From an uncultured Sphingomonas sp. (GTDB lineage Bacteria; Pseudomonadota; Alphaproteobacteria; Sphingomonadales; Sphingomonadaceae): a stretch of DNA of 64,000 nt. A program made the translations under genes and the position numbers. Positions 1 through 11,704 of the stretch are shown in pieces. Location: the NCBI RefSeq assembly GCF_913774285.1, contig NZ_CAJYHX010000017.1, positions 2,873 to 66,872 on the forward strand. Reading direction: 5' to 3'. The notes below the pieces were generated by a model, which saw only the letters and a list, made by a program, of their open reading frames with translations, had not been told where the DNA came from and did not search any database. Position 1 is the first letter of the stretch; every line of letters begins with the position of its first letter.

Positions 1-672
1 CTCGCCGAGGAAGACGACGCCGGGGGCATGGTCCCAGAGCAGCGTGCGCCGGAACACCGCGACGTCGTTCTGCCCCAGCGCCAGCCGGGGATAATTCTCG
101 GCCGCGCAGCGCGGCATCGCCCAGAGTTCGAAATCCTGCTCGAATCGCCGCATCCGCTCGGCATGCTCGGCCTCGGACTGGGCGACCTTCGATACCGAGG
201 CATGCGGGCGCGGGCCATCGCTCTGTCGGGCATGGACCCGGGCGCCGTTGACGAACGCACCGCCGCCCAGCGCCGCATGGCACATCCGCTCGGCGACCGG
301 ATCGTAGATCCAGCCCGCCTGGATGACGCCCGCCTCGATCAGCGCGATCATGATGCCGAAAGGCGGTTCGCCGGCCGCGAAATTGCCGGTGCCGTCGATC
401 GGATCGATGACCCAGGCGCGGGCCGCCATCGCCTGATCCACCAGCGCCGGGTCTGCCGCACAGGCTTCCTCGCCGATGATCACTGCATCGGAGGCGATCG
501 CGGCAAGGCCCTCGGTCAGCCGTTCCTCGGCCTCGCGATCGGCGATGGTGACCAGCTCGCCCGGCGTCTTCTCCAGCACCTCGTGCGCCGCAAGGTTGCG
601 GAAGCGCGGCAGGACGACGGTCTCGGCGACGCGGCGGATCAGCGCGGAGACCGCGTCATGATGCGGGTGCAA
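1..672 (-). CDS. Inositol monophosphatase family protein (partial, runs off the left edge)
   Basis: Manual minus-strand translation from TTG at 672: LHPHHDAVSALIRRVAETVVLPRFRNL...ELVTIADREAEERL...IIGEE...WVIDPIDGTGNFAAG, containing the IMPase DPIDGT motif. Not in the ORF track because it is truncated. Confidence 0.88.
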   Translation of the reverse strand, partial: MHPHHDAVSALIRRVAETVVLPRFRNLAAHEVLEKTPGELVTIADREAEERLTEGLAAIASDAVIIGEEACAADPALVDQAMAARAWVIDPIDGTGNFAAGEPPFGIMIALIEAGVIQAGWIYDPVAERMCHAALGGGAFVNGARVHARQSDGPRPHASVSKVAQSEAEHAERMRRFEQDFELWAMPRCAAENYPRLALGQNDVAVFRRTLLWDHAPGVVFLGE

Positions 673-677
673 GCGGG

Positions 678-1904
678 TCAGCTCCGGTAATCGGCGTTGA
701 TCGAGATATAGCCATGGGTGAGGTCGCAGGTCCAAACCGTCGCGCGGCCCTCACCGAGGCCGAGATCGACGCCGATCTCGATTTCCTGGCCCTTGAGGTG
801 CGCGGCGACCGGCGCCTCGTCATAGCCTTCCACCGCCAGGCCGCCCTGCGCCACCTGGGTGGTGCCGAAGCGGATGGCGAGCCTGTCGCGCTCGGCAGGC
901 TCGCCGGCCTTGCCGACGGCCATCACCACGCGACCCCAGTTCGCGTCCTCACCCGCGATCGCGGTCTTGACCAGCGGCGAATTGGCGATCGACATCGCGA
1001 TGCGGTGCGCGCTGCGATCGCTCTCGGCGCCCTCGACGGTGATTTCGATCAGCTTCTGCGCGCCTTCGCCGTCGCGCACCACGAGCAGCGCGAGCTGGCG
1101 GCAGAGATCGGCGAGCGCCGCACGGAAGGCGTCGGCGCCGGCATCCTCGTCGCTGGTCAGCGGTGCATTGCCCGCCTTGCCGGTGGCGAAGGCGAGAACG
1201 GTGTCGCTGGTCGAGGTGTCGCCGTCGACCGTGATGCAGGAGAAGCTGTGTCCGTTCGCATCGCTCAGCGCGCGCTGCAGGAACACCGGGTCCACCGCCG
1301 CATCGGTGAAGACGAAGCCAAGCATCGTCGCCATGTCCGGCGCGATCATGCCCGATCCCTTGATGATGCCGGCCAGTGTCACCGTGCGGCCGTCGACCAC
1401 GGCGGTGGTCACCGCGCCCTTGGCGAAGGTGTCGGTGGTCATGATCGTCGCGGCGGCGTCTTCCCAAGCGCAGACTTCGGCGGTGTAGGCGGCATCGAGC
1501 CCGGCCTCGGCCTTGTCGATCGGCAGCGGCACGCCGATCACCCCGGTGGAGGCGACGAACACGTCCGAGGGATCGCAGCCGAGATGCTGCGCGGTGCGGG
1601 CGGCGATCGCCTCCACCGCCGCGCGGCCGCGATTGCCGGTGAAGGCGTTGGAATTGCCGGCGTTCACCACCAGTGCACGCGCCTTGCCGAGCACCAGCGC
1701 CTTGCGGCACCATTCAACCTCGGGCGAGGGGCATTTGCTGCTGGTCAGCACACCGGCGACGCTGGTGCCCTCGTCGAGCGTGACGAAGGTGAGGTCGCAG
1801 CGATCCCAATTCTTGTACCGCGCACGGGCGACGCGGGGCGTTACGCCCGGAATCGCGGGCATAGCGGGGAAGGGCAGCGCGAGCGGGGAGGTGCTTGTGG
1901 ACAT
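678..1904 (-). CDS. argJ: Bifunctional glutamate N-acetyltransferase / amino-acid acetyltransferase
   Basis: Motifs NAGNSNAFTG, STGVIG, IMTTDT, KGSGMIAPDMATML (autoproteolytic Thr), DTSTSDT, VRDGEGA, NWGRVVMAVG, TCDLTHGYISINADYRS. Confidence 0.97.
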   Translation of the reverse strand: MSTSTSPLALPFPAMPAIPGVTPRVARARYKNWDRCDLTFVTLDEGTSVAGVLTSSKCPSPEVEWCRKALVLGKARALVVNAGNSNAFTGNRGRAAVEAIAARTAQHLGCDPSDVFVASTGVIGVPLPIDKAEAGLDAAYTAEVCAWEDAAATIMTTDTFAKGAVTTAVVDGRTVTLAGIIKGSGMIAPDMATMLGFVFTDAAVDPVFLQRALSDANGHSFSCITVDGDTSTSDTVLAFATGKAGNAPLTSDEDAGADAFRAALADLCRQLALLVVRDGEGAQKLIEITVEGAESDRSAHRIAMSIANSPLVKTAIAGEDANWGRVVMAVGKAGEPAERDRLAIRFGTTQVAQGGLAVEGYDEAPVAAHLKGQEIEIGVDLGLGEGRATVWTCDLTHGYISINADYRS

Positions 1905-1961
1905 CCCCTGCTTCATACGCCGCCCTTCCCGAAGGACAAGCGGGTCTGGTGCGAACGCGGT

Positions 1962-3140
1962 TCAGCGCTTGGCCGCGACAGCGCCGGCAAGCGTCACCAT
2001 TTGGGCAACGCCGGTGGAATCGGGCCCGGCAGGATCGGGCAGCTGCAGCGAGACGCTACCGCCAAGCTCTTCTGCTGCCGGACCTGCAAGGAAGCCCGCA
2101 AAGCTGCCCGTGCCTGCGGTACCGTTCAGTTGTGCGAGGCTTGCGCCGCCGGTCTGGGTCAGCGGGATGGTCACGTCGTAGCTGGCGCCGGTATTCCTTT
2201 CGAGGGCGCTCTTCGCGGTAAACTTCAGCGTGAGCGTCCCGCGATAACTTTGGGCCGCGAAGTCGACGGTCACCTGCAAGGTGCCGCTTACCGCATAGAC
2301 GATTCCATCCAGCGGCTTCGTTCGCGTCGCCCTGCCGGAGACCACGCCGTTATAGGTGACGGTGCCGCTTCGGGGCACACTGGTCGTCGCCGTCTTCTCG
2401 CCGAACGCGAAGTAGCGACGATCGTTGGTTTCGCCGCTCGTGTCCGACACGGAGAACGTATACAGGCCGAAGCTGGCATAGCTCAGCGCGAGCAGATCGT
2501 TGCTGCTGCCCGATCGAAACAGTTCGAGCGTCTGGTAGTAGCTCGTCCGGCCGATGCCCGGGTAACAGCGACGCGAATATACGAGGTAGCGCGTGTCGGA
2601 TCTGGCGGAATCGATGTCACTCGGCCCGAAAGACGCACTTTCGTCGACCCCCGAGTAGAGCGGATTGGATGCGACGCGGATCGTATAGCGCTGTGTCGCG
2701 CTGGCATAGCTGAATGCCTCCGCCAGGGTCGGATCGGCGGTCTTGTACAACGTGATCGCGCCGTAATTGCTATATTGCAGCAGCGTGCTCGCCGTGTCGA
2801 ACGTGCGATCGAAGACCGTGTCTGGAGCAGGGCAGGTATAGGTAGCCGGGGCCGTGCCTAACGTCGATGTCGGCGTGGGCGTGGGCGTGGGCGTGGGTGT
2901 CGGCACCGGAGTGGGCGTCGGCGTCGGGGTCGGCGTGGGCGTCGGTGTTGGCGTCGGAATCGGCGGCGTTGGCAGCGGCGAGGGCGCGGGCGCAGGCGCC
3001 GGTGTCGGACTCGGCGCGGGGGTAGGCGTCGGCGTGGGGGTCGGCACGATTACCGTACCGGCTCCCCCGGTCGTGCCTCCACCGCAGCCGCCTAGCAGAA
3101 GAAGTGCAGCAGACGTTCCGCGGCCAATACCGAATCGCAT
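1962..3140 (-). CDS. Lipoprotein with Pro-Thr-rich stalk and C-terminal TbpB/HpuA-like beta-barrel (paralog 1)
   Basis: Lipobox LLGG-C, ~60-aa (PT)n tract, C-terminal [62 protein letters not shown]. Confidence 0.75.
   Translation of the reverse strand: MRFGIGRGTSAALLLLGGCGGGTTGGAGTVIVPTPTPTPTPAPSPTPAPAPAPSPLPTPPIPTPTPTPTPTPTPTPTPVPTPTPTPTPTPTSTLGTAPATYTCPAPDTVFDRTFDTASTLLQYSNYGAITLYKTADPTLAEAFSYASATQRYTIRVASNPLYSGVDESASFGPSDIDSARSDTRYLVYSRRCYPGIGRTSYYQTLELFRSGSSNDLLALSYASFGLYTFSVSDTSGETNDRRYFAFGEKTATTSVPRSGTVTYNGVVSGRATRTKPLDGIVYAVSGTLQVTVDFAAQSYRGTLTLKFTAKSALERNTGASYDVTIPLTQTGGASLAQLNGTAGTGSFAGFLAGPAAEELGGSVSLQLPDPAGPDSTGVAQMVTLAGAVAAKR
2869..3045. repeat. Degenerate hexamer tandem repeat (GGCGTG/GGCGTC) encoding the Pro-Thr stalk
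   Basis: Four perfect GGCGTG copies at 2872-2895, then degenerate copies. Confidence 0.9.
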
Positions 3141-3324
3141 GATTATTCCTGATCCCCCAATTCGATGCGTTCGCCCGACCTTCGAACGATAGGAGGCGGC
3201 CTAGCTCTTTCTTTCAATGTGGCAAGTTAATCGCACGTTGGGACGCCAATTATTTTTCCCACTCGGCCGGTTAGCAACCTCATCTACTGGCAGCCGAACG
3301 AAAGCGGGTGACCGAGGGTATGGT

Positions 3325-4479
3325 TCAGCGCTTAGCGGCGGCGGCTCCCACCAAGGTTACTGGATTGATGATACCGGCATAATCCGGTCCGGCTGGATCG
3401 GGGATCTGCAAAGAGAAGCTGCCACCAAGCTCTTGTGCTGCAGGACCGGCAAGGAAACCAGCGAAGCGGCCTTGGCCCGCGGCGCCACTCAGTTGCGTAA
3501 GCGATGCGCCACCTGTTTGCGTCAAGGGGATGATTATGTCGTACGGCGCCGATTCGCCCGATGTCGCCTTGAGGGTGAGCGTGCCGGTGAACGTCTGCGC
3601 CACGAAGTCTACGGAAATCTGGATCCTTCCACTGATCGAATATTTTCGCGGATACACGGAGTCGTTTCGCGTCGCGAAGCCCGAGACGATACCAGTATAG
3701 GTCGATACGCCGGTGCGGGGCAGATCCGATACCGCTGTCCTCACCCCATATGCAAATAGACGACGATCATATAGGTCATAGGATCGCGGCTGTGAGAAGT
3801 TGACGGTGTACATGCCGAAGCTTGCATAGTCGAGTGCAAGCAGGTCATTGTCTGCGCCAGGTCTAAAGAGCTCAAGTTCCGCCTGAAAGGCACCCTCTTT
3901 GGGCTGTAGTCCGTCGGAACAACTGCGCTTGTACACGATGGTGTGGGCATTGGAGCGATTGGCCAGCACGTTCTCGGGACCGAACGAAATGCTCTCGTCG
4001 AGGTCGGAGAAAAGGGGATTGGACGCTACACGAAGGGTGTAGCGTTGGGTTGCAGCAGCGTAGCTGAAGGCCTGGGCCATCACCGGATCCGCGGACGTGA
4101 GATCATGCACGCCATCAACAGCATTGCGATACTGCATCATGGCGCTGGACGCGTAGAAGGTGCGGTCGAACATCGTGTCTGCTGGACACGTCCAGCGTAC
4201 CGGTGTCCTGGAGGGCGTTGGACTAGGTTCTGGCGTAGGCGTCGGTGTGGGCGTTGGGCTGGGTTGCGGTGTCGGCGTGGGCGTCGGGATTGGCGGCGTC
4301 GGCAGCGGCGAGGCTGTCGGGCTGGGTGCTGGCGTCGGGCTCGGCGGTGCGGGGGTCGGAGTCGGGGTCGGGGTCGGGCTGGGCAGGATCACCGTGCCGG
4401 CGCCGTTGCCGTTTGACTGGTTGCACCCCGCGAGGGCGAATAGAGACAGCGAAATCGCACTGACCGAACTATAACGCAT
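3325..4479 (-). CDS. Lipoprotein with Pro-Thr-rich stalk and C-terminal TbpB/HpuA-like beta-barrel (paralog 2)
   Basis: Start moved to [19 protein letters not shown] (lipobox LAGC). Shares [56 protein letters not shown] and the AAKR end with paralog 1. Confidence 0.75.
   Translation of the reverse strand: MRYSSVSAISLSLFALAGCNQSNGNGAGTVILPSPTPTPTPTPAPPSPTPAPSPTASPLPTPPIPTPTPTPQPSPTPTPTPTPEPSPTPSRTPVRWTCPADTMFDRTFYASSAMMQYRNAVDGVHDLTSADPVMAQAFSYAAATQRYTLRVASNPLFSDLDESISFGPENVLANRSNAHTIVYKRSCSDGLQPKEGAFQAELELFRPGADNDLLALDYASFGMYTVNFSQPRSYDLYDRRLFAYGVRTAVSDLPRTGVSTYTGIVSGFATRNDSVYPRKYSISGRIQISVDFVAQTFTGTLTLKATSGESAPYDIIIPLTQTGGASLTQLSGAAGQGRFAGFLAGPAAQELGGSFSLQIPDPAGPDYAGIINPVTLVGAAAAKR
4210..4390. 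repeat. Degenerate hexamer tandem repeat encoding the Pro-Thr/Pro-Ser stalk of paralog 2
   Basis: GGCGTC/GGGGTC/GGGCTG units; translates as [18 protein letters not shown]... Confidence 0.85.
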
Positions 4480-4847
4480 AAGATAGAATTCCCCCTTTGC
4501 TTGGCTTTGTCGGCGGTCCCGATCGGATGCGCAAGAGCATCCAGTCTCGGCGATCCACTCTTCTCGGCTCAATTCACAGGCCGAACTGTGCCACTGAGAT
4601 TCGCGGCGCGTGTTGCGTGTCGGTCGGCCGCGCGACCTGATCGCGTAGCCGGTCGTCCCAAAGTAGAGCTCGCAAACCGCATCTGGGCGGGGGCGCGCGC
4701 GGTCACAAAATGCGCGTCTCATTCCGCGCCAATGGGTCGGCCGGCCGTCCCCCGCTTTTGATTAGACGAACCGTGCGGCGATCCCTATGTGTCGTGCGTT
4801 GCCGCCCGTCGGTTGCGACATTGCCACCGTGTACCACAGGGTTTCGC

Positions 4848-5108
4848 TTGGAACTGCTGCTGCTCCTCACTGCGCTTTTCGCGAGCCTGACCGGCGTGTC
4901 GGGCGAGCGTGGGCTGCGCGCCGTTCAGGGCGTGGCCGTGGTTCGCGTGGCGGAAGCGGCGCAGGCGGCGGTCGCCCCGTCGCGCCACATCGTCGCCGCT
5001 GCGGCGGCGCTCCCCGCGCTGGTGCGGCTCGTCACGATCCCGGTGTTCCACGTCGCCACCGCTCCGCGGCCGCCGCTTCGCCTCGCCTTCGAGCAGCGGC
5101 GCGAATAG
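4848..5108 (+). CDS. Small protein upstream of secA (hydrophobic N-terminus, C-terminal ...EQRRE); candidate secretion-monitor leader peptide
   Basis: From TTG 4848: MELLLLLTALFASLTGVSGERGLRAVQGVAVVRVAEAAQAAVAPSRHIVAAAAALPALVRLVTIPVFHVATAPRPPLRLAFEQRRE* (86 aa). GC-rich third codon positions; same strand as secA and 126 nt before it. Confidence 0.65.
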   Translation: MELLLLLTALFASLTGVSGERGLRAVQGVAVVRVAEAAQAAVAPSRHIVAAAAALPALVRLVTIPVFHVATAPRPPLRLAFEQRRE

Positions 5109-5234
5109 CCTTTCCGGCCCGCGCGTTCGGGCCCTTCTTCCTTTCGTCGCCGCGCGTGTGCGCGGTGCGCCCGTGATGGCTCCGCTTCGTCCGGCAGCCG
5201 TCGCGCATCCCATCCAAACAGGTCAGGAATTCGC

Positions 5235-7979
<2,745 letters not shown>

Positions 7980-7990
7980 GGGCTGCTGGT

Positions 7991-8090
7991 TCCCCTCCCG
8001 CTTTCGGGAGGGGCTAGGGGAGGGGACGGAGCGGCAACGCGCTTCTTCCACGTCGATCCCTCCCCCGACCCCTCCCGCAAGCGGGAGGGG
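7991..8090. repeat. ~100-bp palindromic REP/MITE-like element downstream of secA
   Basis: TCCCCTCCCGC-TTTC-GGGAGGGG-CTAGGGGAGGG ... CCCTCCCCCGA-CCCCTCCCGC-AA-GCGGGAGGGG: two terminal hairpins whose arms are also inverted repeats of each other. Lies between convergent genes. Confidence 0.8.
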
Positions 8091-8158
8091 AGCGAAACGG
8101 AGAAGGGCGGCGCCGGTGGTCCCGGCGCCGCCCTCTCTGCTTCTCCGCTTGTCCGCGA

Positions 8159-8758
8159 TCAGCGGGTCTGCGGCATCTGGATCTTCGGACCCAGCCGTTC
8201 CTTCACCTCGCGCGCATCGAAGGCGCGGATGTTGTCGGCGGGCTTGGGGCCCTTGCCCATCACGATCTCGGCCATCGCCTCGTAGCGGTCGACCGTGCGG
8301 ATATCGACGTTGCGGTCGAAGAAGGGATCGCCCCAGAAGGGATCCCAGCTGCGCCAGCCCCAGCGCGGGCTGTAATAGCGCCAGTACGGGTTCCAATAGC
8401 CCCAGGGGCCACCGAAGGCAGGGCCGCCGATGCCCGGTGTCGCATAGGTCTGGGTCTTCTTCTCCGTGTCGCGATCGGCGAGCAGGAAATAGTCATAGCC
8501 ACTCTGCAGCGTCAGCTCGGCCGACCGGTAGAGAAGGTAGCGCTCCACCGTCTCGCGCGAGGTCAGGCTGTTGCCCGAAAAGCTCACCCGGAAGCGATTG
8601 TCCTCGATCTGCTCGTCCGAATAGCCGTTGCGCACCGATCCGTTCGCCGAAGCGGGCTGATACGGCGTGGCGGTCATGCACGATGCGAGCGAGAGGCTGC
8701 CCGCGACCATCAGGCCGAGTGCTGCTAGCCGCCGGCCCTTCTGTGATGAAATTGGCAT
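8159..8758 (-). CDS. Lipoprotein, CC0125/CC1285-like family
   Basis: Lipobox SLAS-C, TPYQP, GYSDEQIEDNRFRVSFSGNSLTSRETVERYLLYRSAELTLQSGYDYF, and a Trp/Gly/Pro-rich insert. Confidence 0.75.
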   Translation of the reverse strand: MPISSQKGRRLAALGLMVAGSLSLASCMTATPYQPASANGSVRNGYSDEQIEDNRFRVSFSGNSLTSRETVERYLLYRSAELTLQSGYDYFLLADRDTEKKTQTYATPGIGGPAFGGPWGYWNPYWRYYSPRWGWRSWDPFWGDPFFDRNVDIRTVDRYEAMAEIVMGKGPKPADNIRAFDAREVKERLGPKIQMPQTR

Positions 8759-8890
8759 TGTTCCTCCGACACTTCCAAACAGTAAACGTCGCCGAATGCC
8801 CCTCGAACGCACGAGCCGGCGAAACTCTCCCGCGCGTTCACGCGGTGAGGCGTGGCATGGATACGATTGACGGTTGCTGAACAGCAGCTG

Positions 8891-9406
8891 TCAAGCCAGC
8901 CGATCGGGTACTTCGCGGGCGTCGGCGTCGAGGCTGGTCTGCGGCGCCATCGCCTCCCAAGGGAAGACGAACCAGTCCTTCTGCACGTCGCGGTCGATCG
9001 TCTCGGCGCCATAGTCGACCCGCTGCGACGACCGGACATTGTCGAGCAGCACGGCGAAGCGCACCCGGTCTGCCACCGCGCCCTCGGCGGCGAGCGCGGC
9101 GCGCAGTTCGCCGATGGTCTTGCCGCTGTCGTTGATGTCCTCGACGAACAGCAGCCGCTCGCCGTCGCGGGTGCGCTTCGCCAGCACCGCGACCAGCTCG
9201 TCGCCGAACTGGGCGATTCGGGTCGAATAGTCGATCGAGACCAGCGGCAGCCCGATCCGGTGCGAGAGATACACCGCAGGCGTCAGCCCGCCGCGCCCGA
9301 CGCCGACGAGCAGGGTAGGGGACCAGTCCGCTACAGCCCCTGCAATCGCATGCACGCCGGCGACGAGCTGGTCATGGGTGAAATGGGTGAAGACGATGTC
9401 GCCCAT
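8891..9406 (-). CDS. Type I phosphoribosyltransferase (xanthine/hypoxanthine PRT-like)
   Basis: Start moved to MGDIVFTHF. Motifs VGVGRGGLTPA and PRPP-binding LFVEDINDSGKT, ending WFVFPWE; start overlaps the add stop. Confidence 0.85.
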   Translation of the reverse strand: MGDIVFTHFTHDQLVAGVHAIAGAVADWSPTLLVGVGRGGLTPAVYLSHRIGLPLVSIDYSTRIAQFGDELVAVLAKRTRDGERLLFVEDINDSGKTIGELRAALAAEGAVADRVRFAVLLDNVRSSQRVDYGAETIDRDVQKDWFVFPWEAMAPQTSLDADAREVPDRLA

Positions 9407-10422
9407 CACGCCGCCTCCGCCACCCAGGCGTCGATCGCCGCGCAGTGCTTTGCCACCGCTTCGTCGGGCAGGAAGGAGCCCAGGAAGCTGTTGCGGGCCA
9501 GCGTGGCGAGCTGCTGCTTGCTGAGGCCGCGCCCATAGGCGACGGCGCGATAATTTTCGCCGACATAGCCGCCGAAATAGGCAGGGTCGTCCGAGTTCAC
9601 CGTCGCGCGCAGGCCGAGTTCGAGCATCCGGTCGATCGGGTGCGCGTCGATCGTCTCCACATTGCACAGCTTGACGTTGGACAACGGGCAGACGGTGAGC
9701 GTCATGCCCGAGCGCGCCAGCCTGGCGACCAGCGCGGGATCGTCGAGGCTGCGATTGCCATGGTCGAGCCGGTCGACCCGGAGCAGGTCCAGCGCCTCGT
9801 GGACATAGGCGGCCGGGCCTTCCTCGCCGGCATGGGCGACGCGCTTCAGGCCCTTTTCGGCGGCGGCGGCGAAGACGCGGGCGAACTTGGACGGCGGGTG
9901 GCCGAGTTCGGAGGAATCGAGGCCCACGCCGGCGATGCGATCGAGCCACGGCTCGGCCTCGGCCAGCGTCTTGAACGCATCTTCCTCGTCGAGATGGCGC
10001 AGGAAGCAGAGGATCAGCTGCGAGGTGATGCCGAAGCGCGCCTCGGCCTCGGCCATGCCGGCCAGCAGCCCCTCGACCACCGTGGCCATCGCGATGCCGC
10101 GATGGGTGTGGGTCTGCGGGTCGAAGAAGATCTCGGCATGGCGGACGCCGTCGGCGGCCGAGCGCTCGAAATAGGCCAGCGCGAGGTCGCGGAAATCGGC
10201 CTCGGTGCGCAGCACGTCGGCGCCGGCATAATAGATGTCCAGAAAGTCCTGCAGGTTCGAGAACTGATAGGCGGCGCGCACCGCCTCGACGCTGTCATAG
10301 GGGATCGCCACGCCGTTGCGGCGGGCGAATGCGAACATCTGCTCGGGCTCAAGGCTGCCTTCGATGTGGAGATGGAGTTCGGCCTTGGGCAGGCCGGCGA
10401 TGAAAGCGTCCAAATTTTCCAT
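9406..10422 (-). CDS. add: Adenosine/adenine deaminase
   Basis: LPKAELHLHIEGSLEP, YAEIFFDPQ-like, VAHAGEEGP, DRLDHG, TVCPLSN, NSDDPAYFGG. Confidence 0.93.
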   Translation of the reverse strand: MENLDAFIAGLPKAELHLHIEGSLEPEQMFAFARRNGVAIPYDSVEAVRAAYQFSNLQDFLDIYYAGADVLRTEADFRDLALAYFERSAADGVRHAEIFFDPQTHTHRGIAMATVVEGLLAGMAEAEARFGITSQLILCFLRHLDEEDAFKTLAEAEPWLDRIAGVGLDSSELGHPPSKFARVFAAAAEKGLKRVAHAGEEGPAAYVHEALDLLRVDRLDHGNRSLDDPALVARLARSGMTLTVCPLSNVKLCNVETIDAHPIDRMLELGLRATVNSDDPAYFGGYVGENYRAVAYGRGLSKQQLATLARNSFLGSFLPDEAVAKHCAAIDAWVAEAA

Positions 10423-10686
10423 CGCCTCAACATCGCAGCGGCACCGGCGAGTCGCAAGCGCAACGCCCACGAGAAGAGTTGCGTTTCATGCACATGTTCG
10501 GTCCGGGCGCTATCATGTCGATGGGACGAGGCGGGTTCGGGGGAGCACCGGACCGCCACGGTTCGCCTCATACCCACGCGGTGCTTGCCGATACGTCCAG
10601 CGGAGGTTCATATCGGCTGGCGCCTGGGAGCCGGCGGACACGCTCGCGTCGATCTGGCAGATCGTCGTCCGATCACGGAGGACCTT

Positions 10687-11664
10687 ATGCTTCTGCTCTT
10701 TGCCGCCGCCATCGCCGTCGCAACGCCCGCCGAGCTGCAGGCGGCGCTCAAGACGGCGCGGGGCGGCGACGTCATCCTGCTGAAGCCCGGCCGCTACGGG
10801 ACGGTCGTCCTGAACGATGCGCGGTACGACACCATGGTCACTATCCGGAGCGCGGATCCCCGGCGTCGGGCTTTTTTCACCCGCCTGGTTCTCAACAACC
10901 CGCAAAACCTGACGCTGTCCCGGATCGAGGTGTCCTACGCGCCCAAGCCGGGCGAAGGCAATTCGCAGGTGATGATTCGCGTCAACAATGGTTCAAACGT
11001 CACGCTGGACAATCTGTACGTTCACGGCGTGATCGACGGCAATGTCGCCGGGGATGCGAGCGGCGTTGCCGCCTATGGCGTGCAAGGCTTTCGCGTCATC
11101 AATTCGCGCTTCGTCGAGATCAATGCGGGCATCAAGACGGATCGCGGCGGAAACGTCCTGATCGACAACAACGATATCGGGTTCATCGGCTCGGATGCGA
11201 TCGAGATCCCCGGGTCGGACGGCATCACCATCTCGGGGAACAAGCTCCACGATTTCCGCACCAACCCCGGCATCCATCCCGACGGGATCCAGTGCTGGAC
11301 GACGCGCGAAGCTTCCGGTTGCAAGAACGTCCGGATCCTCCGCAACCAGATACTCGGCAGCCCGGGCCACGAGCCGCAGGGCGTGTTCTTCGGCGACGAA
11401 GACCGCGTCGGCGGCTATGAGAATATCGAGATCAGCGGCAATCGCTTTTTCATGACGATGTGGCACGCGATCAATATCTACAGCGGGCCGAAGAACGTCG
11501 TCATCCGCTCCAACGAGGTGATCGCGGGCCCCAATTTCACGCCGTGGATTCGCGTGGACGCGCCGGCCGCGGTCAAAGACAATGTGGCGCCGGCATATTA
11601 CATCAACAGCAAGAAGAGCATGCGGCCCGCCGGAAACCGCATCGGCGGCCAGTTCAGGAAGTAG
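10687..11664 (+). CDS. Secreted right-handed parallel beta-helix protein (pectin-lyase-like fold)
   Basis: The real gene is the 3' part of the 9445 ORF; SD ACGGAGG before ATG 10687. Short signal peptide, TPAELQAALKTARGGDVILLKPGRYG, repeated Asn/Ile beta-helix coils, HPDGIQ. Confidence 0.8.
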   Translation: MLLLFAAAIAVATPAELQAALKTARGGDVILLKPGRYGTVVLNDARYDTMVTIRSADPRRRAFFTRLVLNNPQNLTLSRIEVSYAPKPGEGNSQVMIRVNNGSNVTLDNLYVHGVIDGNVAGDASGVAAYGVQGFRVINSRFVEINAGIKTDRGGNVLIDNNDIGFIGSDAIEIPGSDGITISGNKLHDFRTNPGIHPDGIQCWTTREASGCKNVRILRNQILGSPGHEPQGVFFGDEDRVGGYENIEISGNRFFMTMWHAINIYSGPKNVVIRSNEVIAGPNFTPWIRVDAPAAVKDNVAPAYYINSKKSMRPAGNRIGGQFRK

Positions 11665-11704
11665 AACGCTGCGCCGGCGTGGCATCCATGGCCGGCGGCC
11701 GCGG

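Noticed and set aside
714-2861. 715-aa plus-strand ORF
   Set aside because: Antisense shadow of argJ and lipoprotein 1; no motifs; expected in high-GC DNA.
2869-4390. Repetitive GGCGTG/GGGGTC tracts as a possible CRISPR or non-coding repeat array
   Set aside because: They are 6-bp units encoding Pro-Thr linkers inside ORFs, with no repeat-spacer structure and no cas genes.
4525-4542. GGATGC-GCAAGA-GCATCC palindrome upstream of lipoprotein 2
   Set aside because: Only a 6-bp stem and not found upstream of paralog 1; could be chance.
8891-10422. add-PRT pair, and amn-cdd, as a novel nucleotide-modification or defence system
   Set aside because: Host-like GC, canonical motifs and ordinary purine/pyrimidine salvage logic.
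9445-10686. N-terminal 414 aa of the 739-aa ORF 9445..11664
   Set aside because: Antisense to add; the real gene starts at 10687 after a clear SD, so this is not a fusion.
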